From the human T2T-CHM13v2.0 reference genome, Homo sapiens, in the NCBI RefSeq assembly GCF_009914755.1, contig NC_060938.1: a DNA stretch of 64,000 bases; one strand, given 5' to 3'. Positions within the stretch are counted from its first letter, which is position 1. Every line of letters begins with the position of its first letter. The translations under genes and the position numbers were made by a program. Shown here one piece after another: positions 1 through 13,199 of this stretch. Under the pieces are notes generated by a model. The model was not told where the DNA came from. It searched no databases and saw only the letters and a program-made list of their open reading frames with translations.

Positions 1-1390
1 CCCTCATGACCTGTCTTGCACCTAGGTAGCTGGCCCATAGCATGTCATGATTCTTTCAGGAGGTCATTTATTATCTTTTTAGTCTCCTGTGTCCACATCT
101 TTTTTGATATTTTTGTTACTTTTGTGATTATGCTTTTTCTAGTTCTTCTTTTATTTTTATTATAAACTGGATATTCTAAGAATTTCCCTTGCTTTAGAGG
201 AATTAGAAAGAAGGATGGCTTGATTGCTTTTAACAGACACGCCCCTGCCCATTTTGCTGGCAGTTGCCAATATGCCCATGCTCCACAGATCCAATATAGG
301 CCAGAGGGTGCCTTTCAAGCATTTGAATCATCTACCTGATGCCAAGTGCAGCTTAGAGTAAGGAATCCAGAGAAAGTGTTTGGATCTGGTAAGTAGGAGT
401 CATTCTGGGCATTTCTTAATAGAGTTTTGTTTTTAGTCTCGTAATAATACTGTTGCCCTAGGCAGGTTGTTTTTCCTACTGCCTCTGTGAAAGCCTTTCC
501 CCATCGAGTGATACAGTACTTTCCAGTTATGGAGATTTTTAACAATCAAACACTGGCTGAGGCTGTTGGTTCACTGGCAGGGTTAAGCAAAGTGAAGTTA
601 TCTTGTGGCATTAATTCCTTTGCCTCCCATTGCCACTCATTCTCCATATTAGTTTCTCTACATACATACCATGAAGAAATTTTTAAGCTGCCATCTGTGT
701 TTTCAGCTAGTTGAGCAAATAAGTTTTTGGTTGATGGGGGAACCTCGGGCACTGGCTGATCAAAATGCTTACAGAATGACTTGGTATTGAGGGGTTGGAT
801 GCATTTGAGTCCTTATAGTATTTTTGACAATTAGTAGTGGAACTCCAAGACCTGCTCCTTGTCTATCAACTCGTAATAGTGCTGTCTGTCCTGTAGACCA
901 AAAAGGTAGCTCTGGCTTTAAGATAGTAAAATTTAAAGGATCGCATGTCCTTGTCTTACAATCTGGTTTTTAGGATTATGAACATACGTGGCATGGCAGT
1001 CATCAAAGAAGAAATAGGCCCTTTTTAGAAGGGTGGGATTTCTTTGGTTTGAGCTATAAGCTTTCCTTCTGTTTCTCCCTCTGATTTAATATTTACCTCA
1101 AAATAGAATTAATAGGGTAAGAGCCCAGGCTCATAACATACATATAGCTGATTATTTCCTCAGTCACAGACTGAATAGGTGGTCTGGTTGTATATGCATA
1201 TTCCTAATTTGCTTCCTGTACATTCATAGTAGGTATGGTACAGTAGAGTTTTAACTGTGGTATTTTTTATCCAGGTAATGTGTACACAGCATGGACATCC
1301 TTCAAGAGATTTATCCCCTTTCAGTATAAGCATAAATGGTAACAACATTGTTGTATGTAATAGAAACATGCTTACACTACACATGGGCAC
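1..1390 (-). mobile_element. Class I ERV env remnant, ERV3/HERV-R-like (frameshifted; continues past window start)
   Basis: Minus-strand peptides TKNLFAQLAEN..GSL.ISS.YVC..TNM..EWQWEAKELMPQDNFTL (546-752), YCITRWGKAFTEAVGKTTCLGQQYY (315-545), [11 protein letters not shown] and PPERI...YGPAT resemble ERV3 Env SU. Confidence 0.85.
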
Positions 1391-1589
1391 AAAAACTTTC
1401 CTCTGGGCATAGACATTTGCAGCATTTGCAGTAATAACATAACAACGGAACAATCAGTATTGACAGAATTGTAACTATGGTTATAAATTGTATTCACATT
1501 TACTTATCTGGACATGGTCCTCTTAGCTTCGGCTGTGTGTACACTAGTCAGCTTCCGGGATGTGACTAGAGCAGAGTTTGAAGAATCCT

Positions 1590-3990
1590 TAAGCTTCAGC
1601 CATGCTTAGACTGACCAGCCTCCAGTGTGGTCAGAGCAGGGCGGTTGTCCTTTTTACCGGTGGCTGAGATTTGCCATAGGGCTATTCGAGTGGGGCAATC
1701 TGGGTCTTGTTGGCTAATCCACAGGTTGTCATCAGGACTCGCTACTGTCACTGGTTTTAGATGGCTATGGTGAATCCAAGGTGTGGCACCTGCAACTTTA
1801 ACAGCAGTGGGAGTAGACATGATTACAATATGGCGCCTATCGTATATGGGTCCTAGAGTGGTTGAATTCCATTTTTTACCTAAACGAAGTCCCTAGGTTT
1901 GAAAGGGTGTACTGGGTCTGTTAGACTTATAGGCATTTTTTTACATACTTAACCATGCGTTTTAGTATAGCCATACTTAAAGCCTGCATTTGCCTTCTTA
2001 AAGTTAGTTTTCCCAATTTACAGAGATTACCCTGAATCTGATTTTTATGGGGGGTGGGCAGCTGAACAAAATCTCAGAGGGCGAATACTCAGTTTTTTGG
2101 TGGGGGTGCACCTGACTCATAAGAGGACCATGGGCAAGACCTGATATTACTTCAGATGAGTTTTTCGACAAAATTTCTTCAACAGCTGCTTGAGTGTCCA
2201 GTTTATGCTCTCCACTTTACCTGAGATCTGCTACCTGTAGGCTGTATGTTATTTCCATTTTATTTTTAATAGTCGAGTTAAGTCCTGAACTATTTTAGCC
2301 ACAAATGTTGGTCCATTCTCTGATCTTAGAGTTAGAGGCAGCCCAAATCTGGGAACAATGTCTCTTAACGCCTTGGTCATGTCTAGTGCCCTCTCTGTCC
2401 TGGTGGGAAAGGCCTTGAGCTATCCTGAAAAGGTGCAAATGAACACCAATATGTACTGATAGCCCCCGTCTCAGGGTCATTCAGTGAAGTCCATAAGCAG
2501 ATTTTCACAGGGCATGGCTCCTTTTTCCTGAACTCCCATGGGCCGAGTAGGATCTTGTCGTGGATTGTTCTGAGTGTAAGTTAAACACAGTTTACAAATG
2601 GCCCGAGTAATAGCAATGAGCCATGGCAGATAAAAATGATGCCTTAATAATGTCTTTATTTTTTTTTTTAATCTGAGTTCGGTGGTGGAATTGTTTTACA
2701 AATCTGGGGGTCACCATTTCAGGTATGGCTAGCCTCCCATTGAAGAATTTGTATTATCCTCTTTCAATGTAGTTCTTATTTTCCTGGGGAAGCCAAGCTC
2801 TGTTATTGGGAGTGAAGATTGGGATCTCCAGGAGGGGAATCTCCGGGAGGAGAGGCATAGCTAAGGCGTCTTCTTTAGGTGGAGTTGTCATTGCAGCCTT
2901 CTTTGCCTCTTTGCCTTCGTATCTTTTTTAGCCCTTAGTGTTCTTGCTTTTTGCTGCCTCTTGCAGGACTTCACTACCGTCACTTTTGGGGCCCATACAG
3001 CGTTTAAGAGCTGTAGGATGTCTTCCTTGTACTTTATTTCTTTGTTTCCAGCAGTTAAAAGTCTTCTTTTTTTCTTTGTAAATAACCTTATGAACATGCA
3101 AAGTGGCAGAAGCATATTTGGAACCTGTATAAATATTGGTCTTTTGGTCTTTTGCTAGCCAGAGAACTCTTGTCAGAGCTCTTAGTTCTGCTTTCTAATC
3201 AGAAGTTTCTGTAGATGAAGACTGCACCTCTACTGTTGAGTCTAAAGTCACCACTGCATACGCAGCTTGGCGGGCTCCTTTTAGTATGAAACTGCTTCCA
3301 TCAGTAGAATATTCAATGTTTGGGTCCCTGAGGGACTGATCTGTCAAATCTCTCTGGCTTGAGAACACTTCATCTACCACGTCCACACCACAATGAAACG
3401 GTCCTCCTGGCACTGACTCGATGAGAGTAAGGTAGCCGGATTTAGGGTATTCACAGTCTCTAAAGTTAGTTTACTAGCTTCCTGCACCAGTACGGCAGTG
3501 GCTACTAGTGCTTTAAGACAAGGAGGCCATCCAAGTGCAACAGAATCTAATTGCCTGGATAAATATGCCACCAGGCGATGCCATGACCTTATGGCTTGAG
3601 TCAGAACCCCTATGGCCTCCCTTTCACTTGTGCACATACAAGAAGAAAAGCTTGATTAGTTAGATCTGGCAGTCCTAAAGCTGGGGCCTGAGTCAAGGCT
3701 TCTTTGATTTCTTTAAAATCCTTCTCCTCTTTGGCCTCCTAGAGGAGGGGCTCCTTTTTTCCTCCTCTTAGTGGCTTGGTATGATGGCTTGACCATGAGC
3801 AAGAAATTTGGGTTGTAAACGCGGCAGAACCTTGCTGCTCTTAGAAACTCTCTTACTTGACACCGGGTGGTTGGAGTAGAAAGTGCACAAACAGCCTGCT
3901 TTTTTTCAGGACTAAGCCATCTTTCCTCTTGGCTTATATAAAAGCTTAAATATTGACACTTTTAGAGGAGATTTGAGCTTTTTTCTGACA
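1590..3990 (-). mobile_element. ERV pol remnant (RT C-terminal part, RNase H, integrase), disrupted
   Basis: IN C-terminal STPTAVKVAGATPWIHHSHLKP (1596-1820); RNase H YSTDGSSF...AAYAVV (3195-3413); connection AIGVLTQ...VAYLSRQLDSVALGWPPCLKA (3374-3637); KKAQI motif near 3970-3990. Confidence 0.9.
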
Positions 3991-3999
3991 CTTTTTATT

Positions 4000-5666
4000 C
4001 TGCCTTCTACAGCAGGTGCAGTGGTTCTTGGGTTTCTTCTGCGTGTAGTAGCCCTTGGCTGGTGTGTGTGTGTGATTTTTTGGTTCTGTTTTTTTGGGTT
4101 TTTTTGGTTTGTTTTTTGTTTCTTTTACTATTGCCCTGATCATTTTCATTATTTCTTTGACATTTATGCTTCCAGTGTCTTTCCTTTTGCACCATGCTCA
4201 TTAATCTCTCTCTAGCCTCGGCTGGCCTTCACACTCCTGTCCAGACTAGCCTTTTTCATGACTACGTTCACGCCCGCGTCCATGCCTCCTTGTAAAGCCA
4301 GCTCCTCTTCCCGGAAGGGCTGCTGCTAGTAAGTTAGCCTTTCTTAAGCCTGTGATCAGCCTTTTCCTTTGCCTCCTCATCTCGGTTAATTAACACCTTG
4401 GTTGTCACTTTAATAAGCTGAGTAGCATTCTCGACTACGGAGCTTGTAACTTCTGCAATTTATGCCTGATATCTCCTTGGGTCTGCCTTACAAGTGCTGG
4501 ATTCACCCTGCACTGATTTTTGAGTAGCCTCAGGGTTAAACGGAGTGTACAATAAAAATGCCTCACAAAGTCTTTCATAGAACTTGCTGTGCTTTTATCT
4601 GCACCCTGAAGCATGTCTGAGATTTTTAAAAATATTGATTGCCTTTTTCTTTTACCATCCTTTAGCCTTTGCAGATGGGCTTCTCGGCACCTTTGCAGGT
4701 GCTGAATCTGGACTGCATCATCTGGGTCTTAGTGGGGGTCCTCCTGTCCTCTTAAGAGGCATGAGCATATCTTATGCGCGACCAGACCTGAGACGGCCTG
4801 CCTGATTTTCGCTCTCATTTCACCTTCTCGGGTGAGACTGGCAGCATGTATCCATTTGAACTTAACTCCTTAGGGACAGTTACCTTGGTAAAGGGGGTAG
4901 ATTGGAATGTAAGGAGGAGCGGTCTCTATTCTTTTCTGTGGTTGTTACAAAACCGGTTTTTCTGCCTTTTCTGAGATTTTTTTCATTTGTCTTCAGTTGC
5001 TGGGGCAGCTGATTTTACTTTCACTTTTGGCTGGGAGGTGCTACAAGCCTCTGTGTCTCCTTTTAACTCTGTAGCTGCCAGAGCAGCTGATTTTCTCTTG
5101 CCGTGAGCTGCGAGCATTCTACAGTAAACTGCTAGGCAGGGCTGCATTCATTTAGCCATGAGTCAATATAAAGACTAGGTCTGAATGTCCTGGCTGTTCT
5201 CTGACCCTAGTCACCACCTTAAAACACACGGCCAATTTTTCTATAGTGCCTTTGGCAAGCCATCTGACACTAAAACAGGGCTATTCTAATTCACAGTATG
5301 TCCTTAACTTTTGAACACTCAGTTTCATCCTATAATCACCTCTAACTCTTTTTTTAAAATTCTTTATTATACTTTTCAAAGGAGCCACTTTTGATGTTTT
5401 CACTCTCATTTCCTCTCTTGCAGTTCACTTTCACTCTGACTTTCACTCTTGAGTCCACCAGACCTGGTCCTATTGCGGGAGTTTCAGATGCTGCTTAGCC
5501 AGGACCATGCCTTCCCCTGTCGCAGACTGCTGCAGCTGTAAAGCTGGTACTATCAGCCATATGAAGCATCTTAGGTCTGATTTTCCCCACATTCGCCTCA
5601 GAGCACACAGCCACCACTAAGGGATCTGTGCCTCCCCATGTCGCTGCCCACATTGGCCTCTCCCAA
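4000..5666 (-). mobile_element. ERV gag remnant and 5' leader of the same provirus
   Basis: Degenerate NC knuckle (..KERHWKHKC.. in 4007-4201), CA-like sequence 4400-4700, probable MA start near 5409; colinear with pol and env. Confidence 0.7.
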
Positions 5667-6108
5667 TGTAACAGGAAGAGCGGCAGACAAAACCCCTTGG
5701 ACACTGAGTTAAAGAAAGAAGGTGTTTATTCACCTGGGAGCTTCAGCAAGACTTCTTTCCCAAGAGCTGAACCCTCCGAGTGAGCAATTCCTGTCCCTTT
5801 TAAGGGCTCACAACTCTAAGGGGGTCCGCATGAGAGGGTCACGATCTATTGAGCAAGCAGTGGGTATGTGACTGGGGGCTGCATACACTGGTAATTAGAA
5901 AGGTACTGAACAGGACAGGGATCTTCACAGTGCATTTTTTATACAAATAACCGATTAGGTCAGGGGTTGACCTTTAACTACCAGGCCCAGGGTGTGGCGC
6001 TGGGCTGTCTGCTTGTGGATTTCATTTCTGCCTTCTAGTTTTTACTTCTTCTTTCTTTGGAGGCAGAAATTGGGTATAAGACAATATGAGGGTTGGTCTC
6101 CTCCCTTA
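5667..6108 (-). mobile_element. LTR2-family (HERV-E/Harlequin) 3' LTR
   Basis: Minus strand begins TAAGGGAGGAGACCAACCCTCATATTGTCTTATACCCAATTTCTGCCTCC, contains AATAAA and ends TGTTACA; polypurine tract AAAGGGGGAAAA immediately upstream (6109-6120). Confidence 0.85.
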
Positions 6109-6540
6109 TTTTCCCCCTTTGAGACTCTCACTCATTTTATTAGTGGGAGTTCTCACCTTCTTCCTCACTACCTATGTCTTCCTCTATCACAGATTGATAG
6201 TGATTCATGTAGTACACTCGTGCTGAAGCGTTCTGGTGAACTAGAGTTGCCATGAAAACTTTTACCACTTGAATGAGTACAGCTAGTAAGCAAGAGATCA
6301 GTAAGCAGGTTCCTATTACTACTATAGTTTCCATTATAAGAGTTTTAAATCCTTCTAGTGCCGGGAACCATTTTCAAACATGGCCTCAGTGTCAAATCGG
6401 TGCCACACTTGTACTGGCACATGTGCCAGTTTCATCATGTCTTTAACTATATCTTCGACTACTTGCCCCTGATCATCTATGTGCAGACAGCAAGTGGGCC
6501 TAATTACAGTCACTAAATTGGGCCTAATTACAGTCATAAT
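6109..6540 (-). mobile_element. Harlequin/HERV-E env TM C-terminal fragment plus PPT
   Basis: TCCLHIDDQGQVVEDIVKDMMKLAHVPVQVW and hydrophobic TM/tail IVVIGTCLLISCLL...EEEGENSH directly upstream of the PPT and LTR. Confidence 0.8.
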
Positions 6541-6824
6541 CAATTTACTAAAATAACCAGACAGCAAGACAGGTTTCCAAACATTGGCAAATGTTTCAGG
6601 GAGAAAAAAATGCCCCACTAGAGAAGCATGGTTGTATCTCTGTGTGTACATACACATGGGGCCAGGCAGTTCTATGCATGATAGTCTGGGACTGTAAAAG
6701 TGACTATGCAAACCTTTACATTCTGTCACAGAACTTACAATTTAAAGTGAGCATCTTTTTCTGTGACTTAGAAATTGACTTTTTTTTTTAGTTGGGAGCC
6801 ACTTTTAGCAATTTTCCCTTTGTT

Positions 6825-7085
6825 GATACATAATAATAGTATATATTTGTGGTGCATGAGTGATATTTTGATACATGCATGCAATGTACAGTGATCAAAT
6901 CAGGGTAATTAGAATATCCATCACCTCAAACATGGATATTATTTTCTTTGTGTTTGAAAAATTTCCTTTGTGTTGGGAGAATTTAAAGCCATCTCTTCTA
7001 TCTATTTTAAAATATATTAAAAATTAGTGCTAACTGTAGTTATCCTACTGTGCTGTCAGACACTAGAAATTATTCCTCCTATGAT
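6825..7085 (-). mobile_element. Old L1 (L1MA-type) 3'UTR fragment
   Basis: gatattttgatacatgcat...atcaaatcagggtaattagaatatccatcacctcaaacat is typical antisense L1MA 3' end sequence. Confidence 0.65.
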
Positions 7086-8808
7086 AAAAAGTTTAGGCTG
7101 TATCCCATGGGTAGTAGGACACCACATGACTGAGTGGTCATCTGGGAAATTATCTGGATGACTTTGGAACATTCCTGGTTGAGCCAGGTGGCTGTTGCAA
7201 CAAACTGTGGGGAAGCCCCTCCCCTAATGCCCCCTAAGCCAGCTGTCACTACATGGCAGGAAACCTCCAAACCTGAGGGCCCCAGGAAACAATGACAGTC
7301 CCCACTCACATGCAACTTGTGCTGTGCTCAGTGCCCTCCACATTGAGCCTGATCTAGCTTTACCCGAGGGCTGTGAGGTGGGACAATCAGTATCCCTTTA
7401 TTTTAAAAGGCTCAGTGAAGTTTTGGGCTTAATATGAGTGAAGTGATCCTAAAAGCTGACTCTGGGATCCCGGCTCCACCACTGACCAGTCCTGCAGGTG
7501 GCGAGAGTTGCCTCTCCTCCCCTCGATTTCATTTTGTCCTCTGTGAAGTGCAGCCGTGCTGATGACTCACATATCAGGGATACATGGGAACTGTCAATGA
7601 ACGGAGTGCTCTACACAGTGCCTGGAGCTCAGAATGCAGATGAGGGAGGAGGGTGAGCCATAATTCTGAGGGAAGTCCCAACATAATTTAGCCCTTCCAT
7701 CTAGTAGCCGGGCCCCAGTACAGAGTCCTATGTCAGTGACAGGGCAAACTGAGACCAGCTCAAACACAGCCTCTTCCTCAGCAGCAGGGCCCAACTAAGG
7801 CACTTGGTGTTTTGGTTCATTTCCTGCAGCTTCAATGTAAAGAATATTGTGAGACATTTGCTGGAACAACTGAAAATCAGAAGAAGAAGAGACAGCTCTT
7901 CTCCATCTCCCTGAGAGCTCTTCCCCAGAATGTGTTTATCCAGAGAGGAGGGGAAATATTTATTTTTCGTAAATAGTAAATGCTAGAGTCGAATATTATA
8001 TGAAAATCTCATTCTACTACAAAATCGGAGTTGTGGTTGTGGTTCTTTTTATTTCACTTGTGTAAGCTTAAATGAGATACAGACTCTAACATTTCTCCTT
8101 GAATTATGAAATCCTAAAGAGTCGGCAGCATAATGTATGAGGAAGAAGAGAGAAGCAGTCATAGTTTCTGGCTGCCGGATAAGACACCCAGTTCCATTTT
8201 TCTCAGAGCATATGTTCATTTTAATATTAACCCAAGGAAAGAGTGAAGATAGATCATTCGAACTTGCAGAATTAATAATTTGAAGGTATTTTCACAAAGC
8301 ATAGCGACAGTCTTGGAAATATAGATTTCTTTAAAAAGCAGTTGCAGAGATCAGGAGGATGAATACCTTTCTATGATTTTACAAAAAATAAATCAACTTC
8401 TGCTTCACTTGCTGAGGTTTCCTCTAAGCAACTATTAGGACATTGTTGTTTTTTCTTCCAACTCTGGAGTTGCATCAGGTCTATGTGGAAAAAAACATTA
8501 TAAAATAAAATGACCAAAGTCAAAAGGAGAAGGCCAGGGAAAGTCTATTGACAATGGATGCAGGGCAGAAAGGAAGCTGCATTCTCAATCTTCTTCTGGT
8601 GTCCTGTGATTGAGCCTTTACCTTAGATGTAAATCCTCCCAGAGTTTTGTCTCTTACCTTAGAATTTCTATTCTTTTTTTAAGTTAGTTTCTTATCTAGA
8701 ATGAAAGAATTGTAATGCCACTTTATGGCTACACCTGGGCCTTATTCTGTAAATATTTTTACTACCTATGAGGTAAAATTCCCAGCATTAGGGCAATTCT
8801 TTATCCAA

Positions 8809-9106
8809 TTTTTTCTTTCTGAGACAGAGTCTTGCTGTGTCACCCAGGCTGGAGTACATTGGTACAATCTTGGCTCACTGCGATCTCCACCTCCTGGGTT
8901 CAAGAGATTCTGCTGCCTCAGGCTTCTGTGTAGCTGAGATTACAGGCACCCAGCTTCATGTCCAGCTAATTTTTGTACGTTTAGTATGTTTAGTAAATTT
9001 TGTATTTTTAGTTTCACTATGTTTGTCAGGCTGGTCTTGAACTCCTGACCTCCAATAATCTGCCCGCCTTGGCCTTCCAAAGTGCTGGAATTACAGGTGT
9101 GAACCA
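8809..9106 (-). mobile_element. Alu (AluS-like)
   Basis: Antisense dimer gagacagagtcttgct...ccaaagtgctggaattacaggtgtga. Confidence 0.95.
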
Positions 9107-10001
9107 ATTCTTTTTGAGGAATAAATTACCTAAAGGTCCTCAAGCCTTTCTGTCAGGCATATCTTGGCCTTTTCTCTCTGACTGGGGTCCGATGAATCAC
9201 AGGTGGGCACTATTTTTCTATATTCCCAACCAGTGATAATCCTTGCTCTCTTTATTTCTAATTAAAAGAAATCCAAAATGGAGATAGTTATTTGAGAGGT
9301 CTCTAAAGACAACTAGGAGGACATGAGGAGTTGAATTAATACTCATACACACCCAGGTGGAATTTTACCTGTCCGAACTGGGAAAATTACAGATGTCCTA
9401 AAAAGGCAACTGCATTTGACTTGGATTGTTTATACCGAGCCTGATCACAAACCTCCTGAAGAGAAAGCTGTGCTGAATTAAGCTGATGATTGCCTAGATA
9501 CAGTCTAAGCTGGCAATCAAACATTGTCCATCATAGACTGTGCTAAAATCTTTCACTTGTGTAAACTTGCAGTAAAACTTTATAAGTCCCTCCCTAACCT
9601 CATCTGAATGGAACATGATATAGCTTCTTGCTAAATTTGTGTCTCCCAAATAGCAATTTATAAAAAATCATGATTAAAATGCCTTTTATTTTATTTTCCA
9701 CAGGGTCTGTTTTACTCCCATGTTATAAAATGCTTTTCTCAAGAAAGCATAGAGCCCATTCTCTTCTCTAGAGAGAATCGCAGCCTTGCAAAAGAGACAA
9801 CTAAAAATACATACATATAAGTAGCAAGAATTTAAAACTCAAAATATTAAATATGTTACAAAAGTATACAAGCAATAGAATAAATAGGATGAATAGCAAA
9901 ATGGATAAAATCAACTGTGAGTTGAAAGCCTGAAAGTTCAGGTGAAGGTGTTGAAAATGCTTCAGAAAAAACTAAGGAGATAAATATTTATAAAAATAAA
10001 G

Positions 10002-10330
10002 AGCTGGGCTCAGTGGCTCACACTTGAAATTTCAGCTGCTAGGGATGCTGAGGCCAGAGGATCAATTAAGGCCAGAAGTTTGAGACAAGCCTAAGCAAGA
10101 CCTTGTCACTGAAAATGTTTTAAAAATTATTTTGACATTATAGCATGTAACTGTGGTCTCAACTACTTAGAAGGCTGAGGCAGGAGGATTACTTGAACTC
10201 AGGAAGTTGAGGTTACAGTGAACTATAATCATGCTACCGTACTCCAGCCTGGAGTGAGGCAAAATCTAGTCACATTAAAATAAAATAAAACAAAATAAAA
10301 TAAAATAAAATAAAATAAAATAAAATATAA
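10002..10330 (+). mobile_element. Old Alu (AluJ-like) with (TAAAA)n tail
   Basis: gctgggctcagtggctcacac...ctccagcctgg then taaaa repeats. Confidence 0.85.
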
Positions 10331-11379
10331 TCTAGTCACGTTAAAATAAAGTACAATTATCAAGGACAAAAATAAAATTGTACAACTTGGCAATAGAAAA
10401 AAAATAGAGCATAGAGCAACTGGGGGAAAGGGGGTTGAAAGTATAATTTCCTTTTTATTTCCTTAGTTGGTCATTACTTAGACTTTTTCACTTAATTAAA
10501 ATTTTCTTATACTTTGGTGCCCAGTTAACCCCAGAGCATTTTTAATTAATTGGTTTAGAGGTAGATACTCATATAAGCTTTCCACTGCAAATTACAAGAG
10601 CCAAATTTTAAATAAATGTTGGACCTCTAAATTTTCTATTTGCAATATTTAAGGAAATAAAAATTATAAAAAACACTTTGTAAAACATTTAGTATGTAAC
10701 TGCTGTTTCTAACGTATAATAAATCCAATTATGGCAGAGACTCACTCTGTTGTTGAGAATCTCTCCATTATATGACTGCTGCTTGTGGTGCTTAAACCTC
10801 AGGAAGAAAGAATATATGAATGTCTGAACATTGCTTTAAAAAGACAATGTACATTTAATGTAGAGATATGTGACCAGCTTAGAAAGCTGCACTTTTTCCA
10901 CAGCAGGCAAACCAGAGCCTGGATACCCCAGGGTCACAGCTCATGAGAACATAGGGCTGGACTGTGAGAAAACAAGAAGCAATTAGTGCAGAGGAGTTGA
11001 CAAGACACCAACTGGGCTGAGAAAAAAGAGCTGATAGATTAATTTCCAAATTATACTACAAAACATACAATAAGCAGACCCCATAGCTTTATACATTAAA
11101 ACCAAATGATGACAAAGAGTGAGGATTGCATTAAATTAAATTAGGAGCAACTAAAGACTGGTTTATGATCTTGAAACTTTAGTCACTCTCCATAGTTCCA
11201 TCCCATGACCCGGTAATTTTTTCCTGCTTTCTGCATGCCTTGGACACTGGTCCATTTCTGGCCCCAAAGTGTTCCTTTTTCTAATAGGAGTACTTACTTC
11301 ATCTCTTAATACAATTCCTTTCCTTGCATACTGTGCCCCAAAGAAGAAATATTAAAAACTTTCCTGATGTTTTTCTGCT

Positions 11380-12000
11380 GCGGGGTTAATGGGCTCAGAG
11401 TGATGATAAGAACGGCCAATGAGTGTGTGGAGCCAGATAGTGCTTAAAATATGGACTTCAGTCCAGTGAAGTCTAACAAGATTGGCACCTGAGCACTCTT
11501 CTCTGAGACCTGAGGATGGACTCACTGAACCTGGAGCTACTAACGCAGCTGATACCCACATATATACACCACCTGTGTTCCTAGAAACTGGCCTTCCCAG
11601 CCCATCACAGCAAACACCAACACCAGCATGGAACGCTTGGGAGTCAGAGGTTTTTCTTGTCGTTGCTACTGCCATCATCCATGCCATAACCACTGTCCAG
11701 GGGCTCAAGAAGCTGCCCACCCACCTTGCTCACTGCTGACACCTGAGCAAATCACATGAAGGCCAAATAATTAGTCTTCCTGGACCTGTTAACACTGCTG
11801 CCAGCATAACTGCCTTGAGACCCAAAAGCAGGCATGGTAAGCTCACCACTGCCATCACTGGGATCCAATGACTAAACCTCTGGTGCCCCTATTCCCAGCA
11901 AAACTTTACCACAGCCTCTGCTAAAAACGATACCCTAAGCCGCTGAGAAAGGTACAGACACCACTGATACTCTTTAGAGCCAAAGAAATCATATAAAGAC
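11380..12000 (+). mobile_element. Probable old L1M 5'-end fragment
   Basis: C-rich repetitive gccactgccatcactggg-type motifs resembling L1M1/L1M2 5'UTR; family from memory. Confidence 0.4.
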
Positions 12001-12001
12001 A

Positions 12002-12280
12002 GGCCGGGTATTGTGGCTCATGCCTGTAATTCCAGCACTTTGGGAGGCCAAGGCCAGTGGCTCGCTTGAGGCTAAGAGTATGATACCAACCTGGGGAACA
12101 TGGCAAAACCCTGACTCTACTAAAAACACACAAATTTGCTGGGCATAGTGGTAGGCACCTGTAATCCCAGCTACTTGGGAGACTGAGGCACGAGAATCGC
12201 CTGAACTCAGAGGTGGAGCCTACAGTGAGCCGAGATAGTGCCACTACACTCCATCCTGGGCAACAGAGCAAGGTTCTATC
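12002..12280 (+). mobile_element. Alu
   Basis: ggccgggtattgtggctcatgcctgtaattccagcactttgggagg...gggcaacagagcaag. Confidence 0.95.
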
Positions 12281-13199
12281 TTAAAATATATACACATACA
12301 GAGTTTAAAGTCTGTGCTCTCCTCTCCTCAGCTGCCTTGTGACTGTGTAAGTGTATGTTTGGGAAGGGAGGGATAGGATGAGGACAGGCCAGCAGAGAGT
12401 CACCAGCACTGGCTAAAGGTCTCAGACCAAATTTTATACTCTTGACCAGGAGAAACTTCTCTGTTATTCTAATCACATTAAACTCAAGCATTTTCTTTTT
12501 TTCTTTCTTTTTTTTGAGAAATCACATCGAACTTCCAAAATTATAAAGTTGAAAATATGTAATAATTGACAATTGGAAACAAGAAAGAGGATTAGCTATA
12601 AAAATAACTCAGGACAATGTATTTATCATGAAAAGATGGTCTTGGTGGAAGAAAGTTTCATGCCCAGCCAGCCCATTCTTCAATATCTGCTAAAAAAAAA
12701 AAGAGCAAAGGGAACTTAAAGACATCATAGACTTGGAAATTTCGTCTCACAGTGCATTAAATTCCCAAATCACATGTGGAAGAGAAGAAGCTGCTGCATA
12801 TTAGACTAACTAGTTTTACTGAATGTTGTCTGTTGATTTAAAAATTAATACTCTTATCAAGAGCAAATTGAAATACTGAAAGTTATTTACTAAACAGCAA
12901 AGAATATTTTCAGTATATAAAAAGATTTCAAAAAACGTTGACACCTTAACTAAATCTGACACAAATTTAAAAGGAAAAGTAACTAGAAAATGAAAGAAGC
13001 GTCGTACAAGTATGCGATGCACCCTCTGTTGCACCAACTGCTCCTGTTTGTTGAGTCCCCTCTTCTATTCTGCCTCCTCCATCTCCTTGCTGATTCCCCT
13101 TTTTGTCTATTTTAATTTCTCTCTCTATTCCTTTCTCAGGTCACCATGTCACATTCCTTTTGTGTCTTTTGATGTCCAATCTCACCGACACCACCTTCA

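Noticed and set aside
9370-9720. Possible old LTR fragments (also ~21800-22200 and ~42120-42650)
   Set aside because: LTR-like composition, but family and boundaries cannot be supported without a search.
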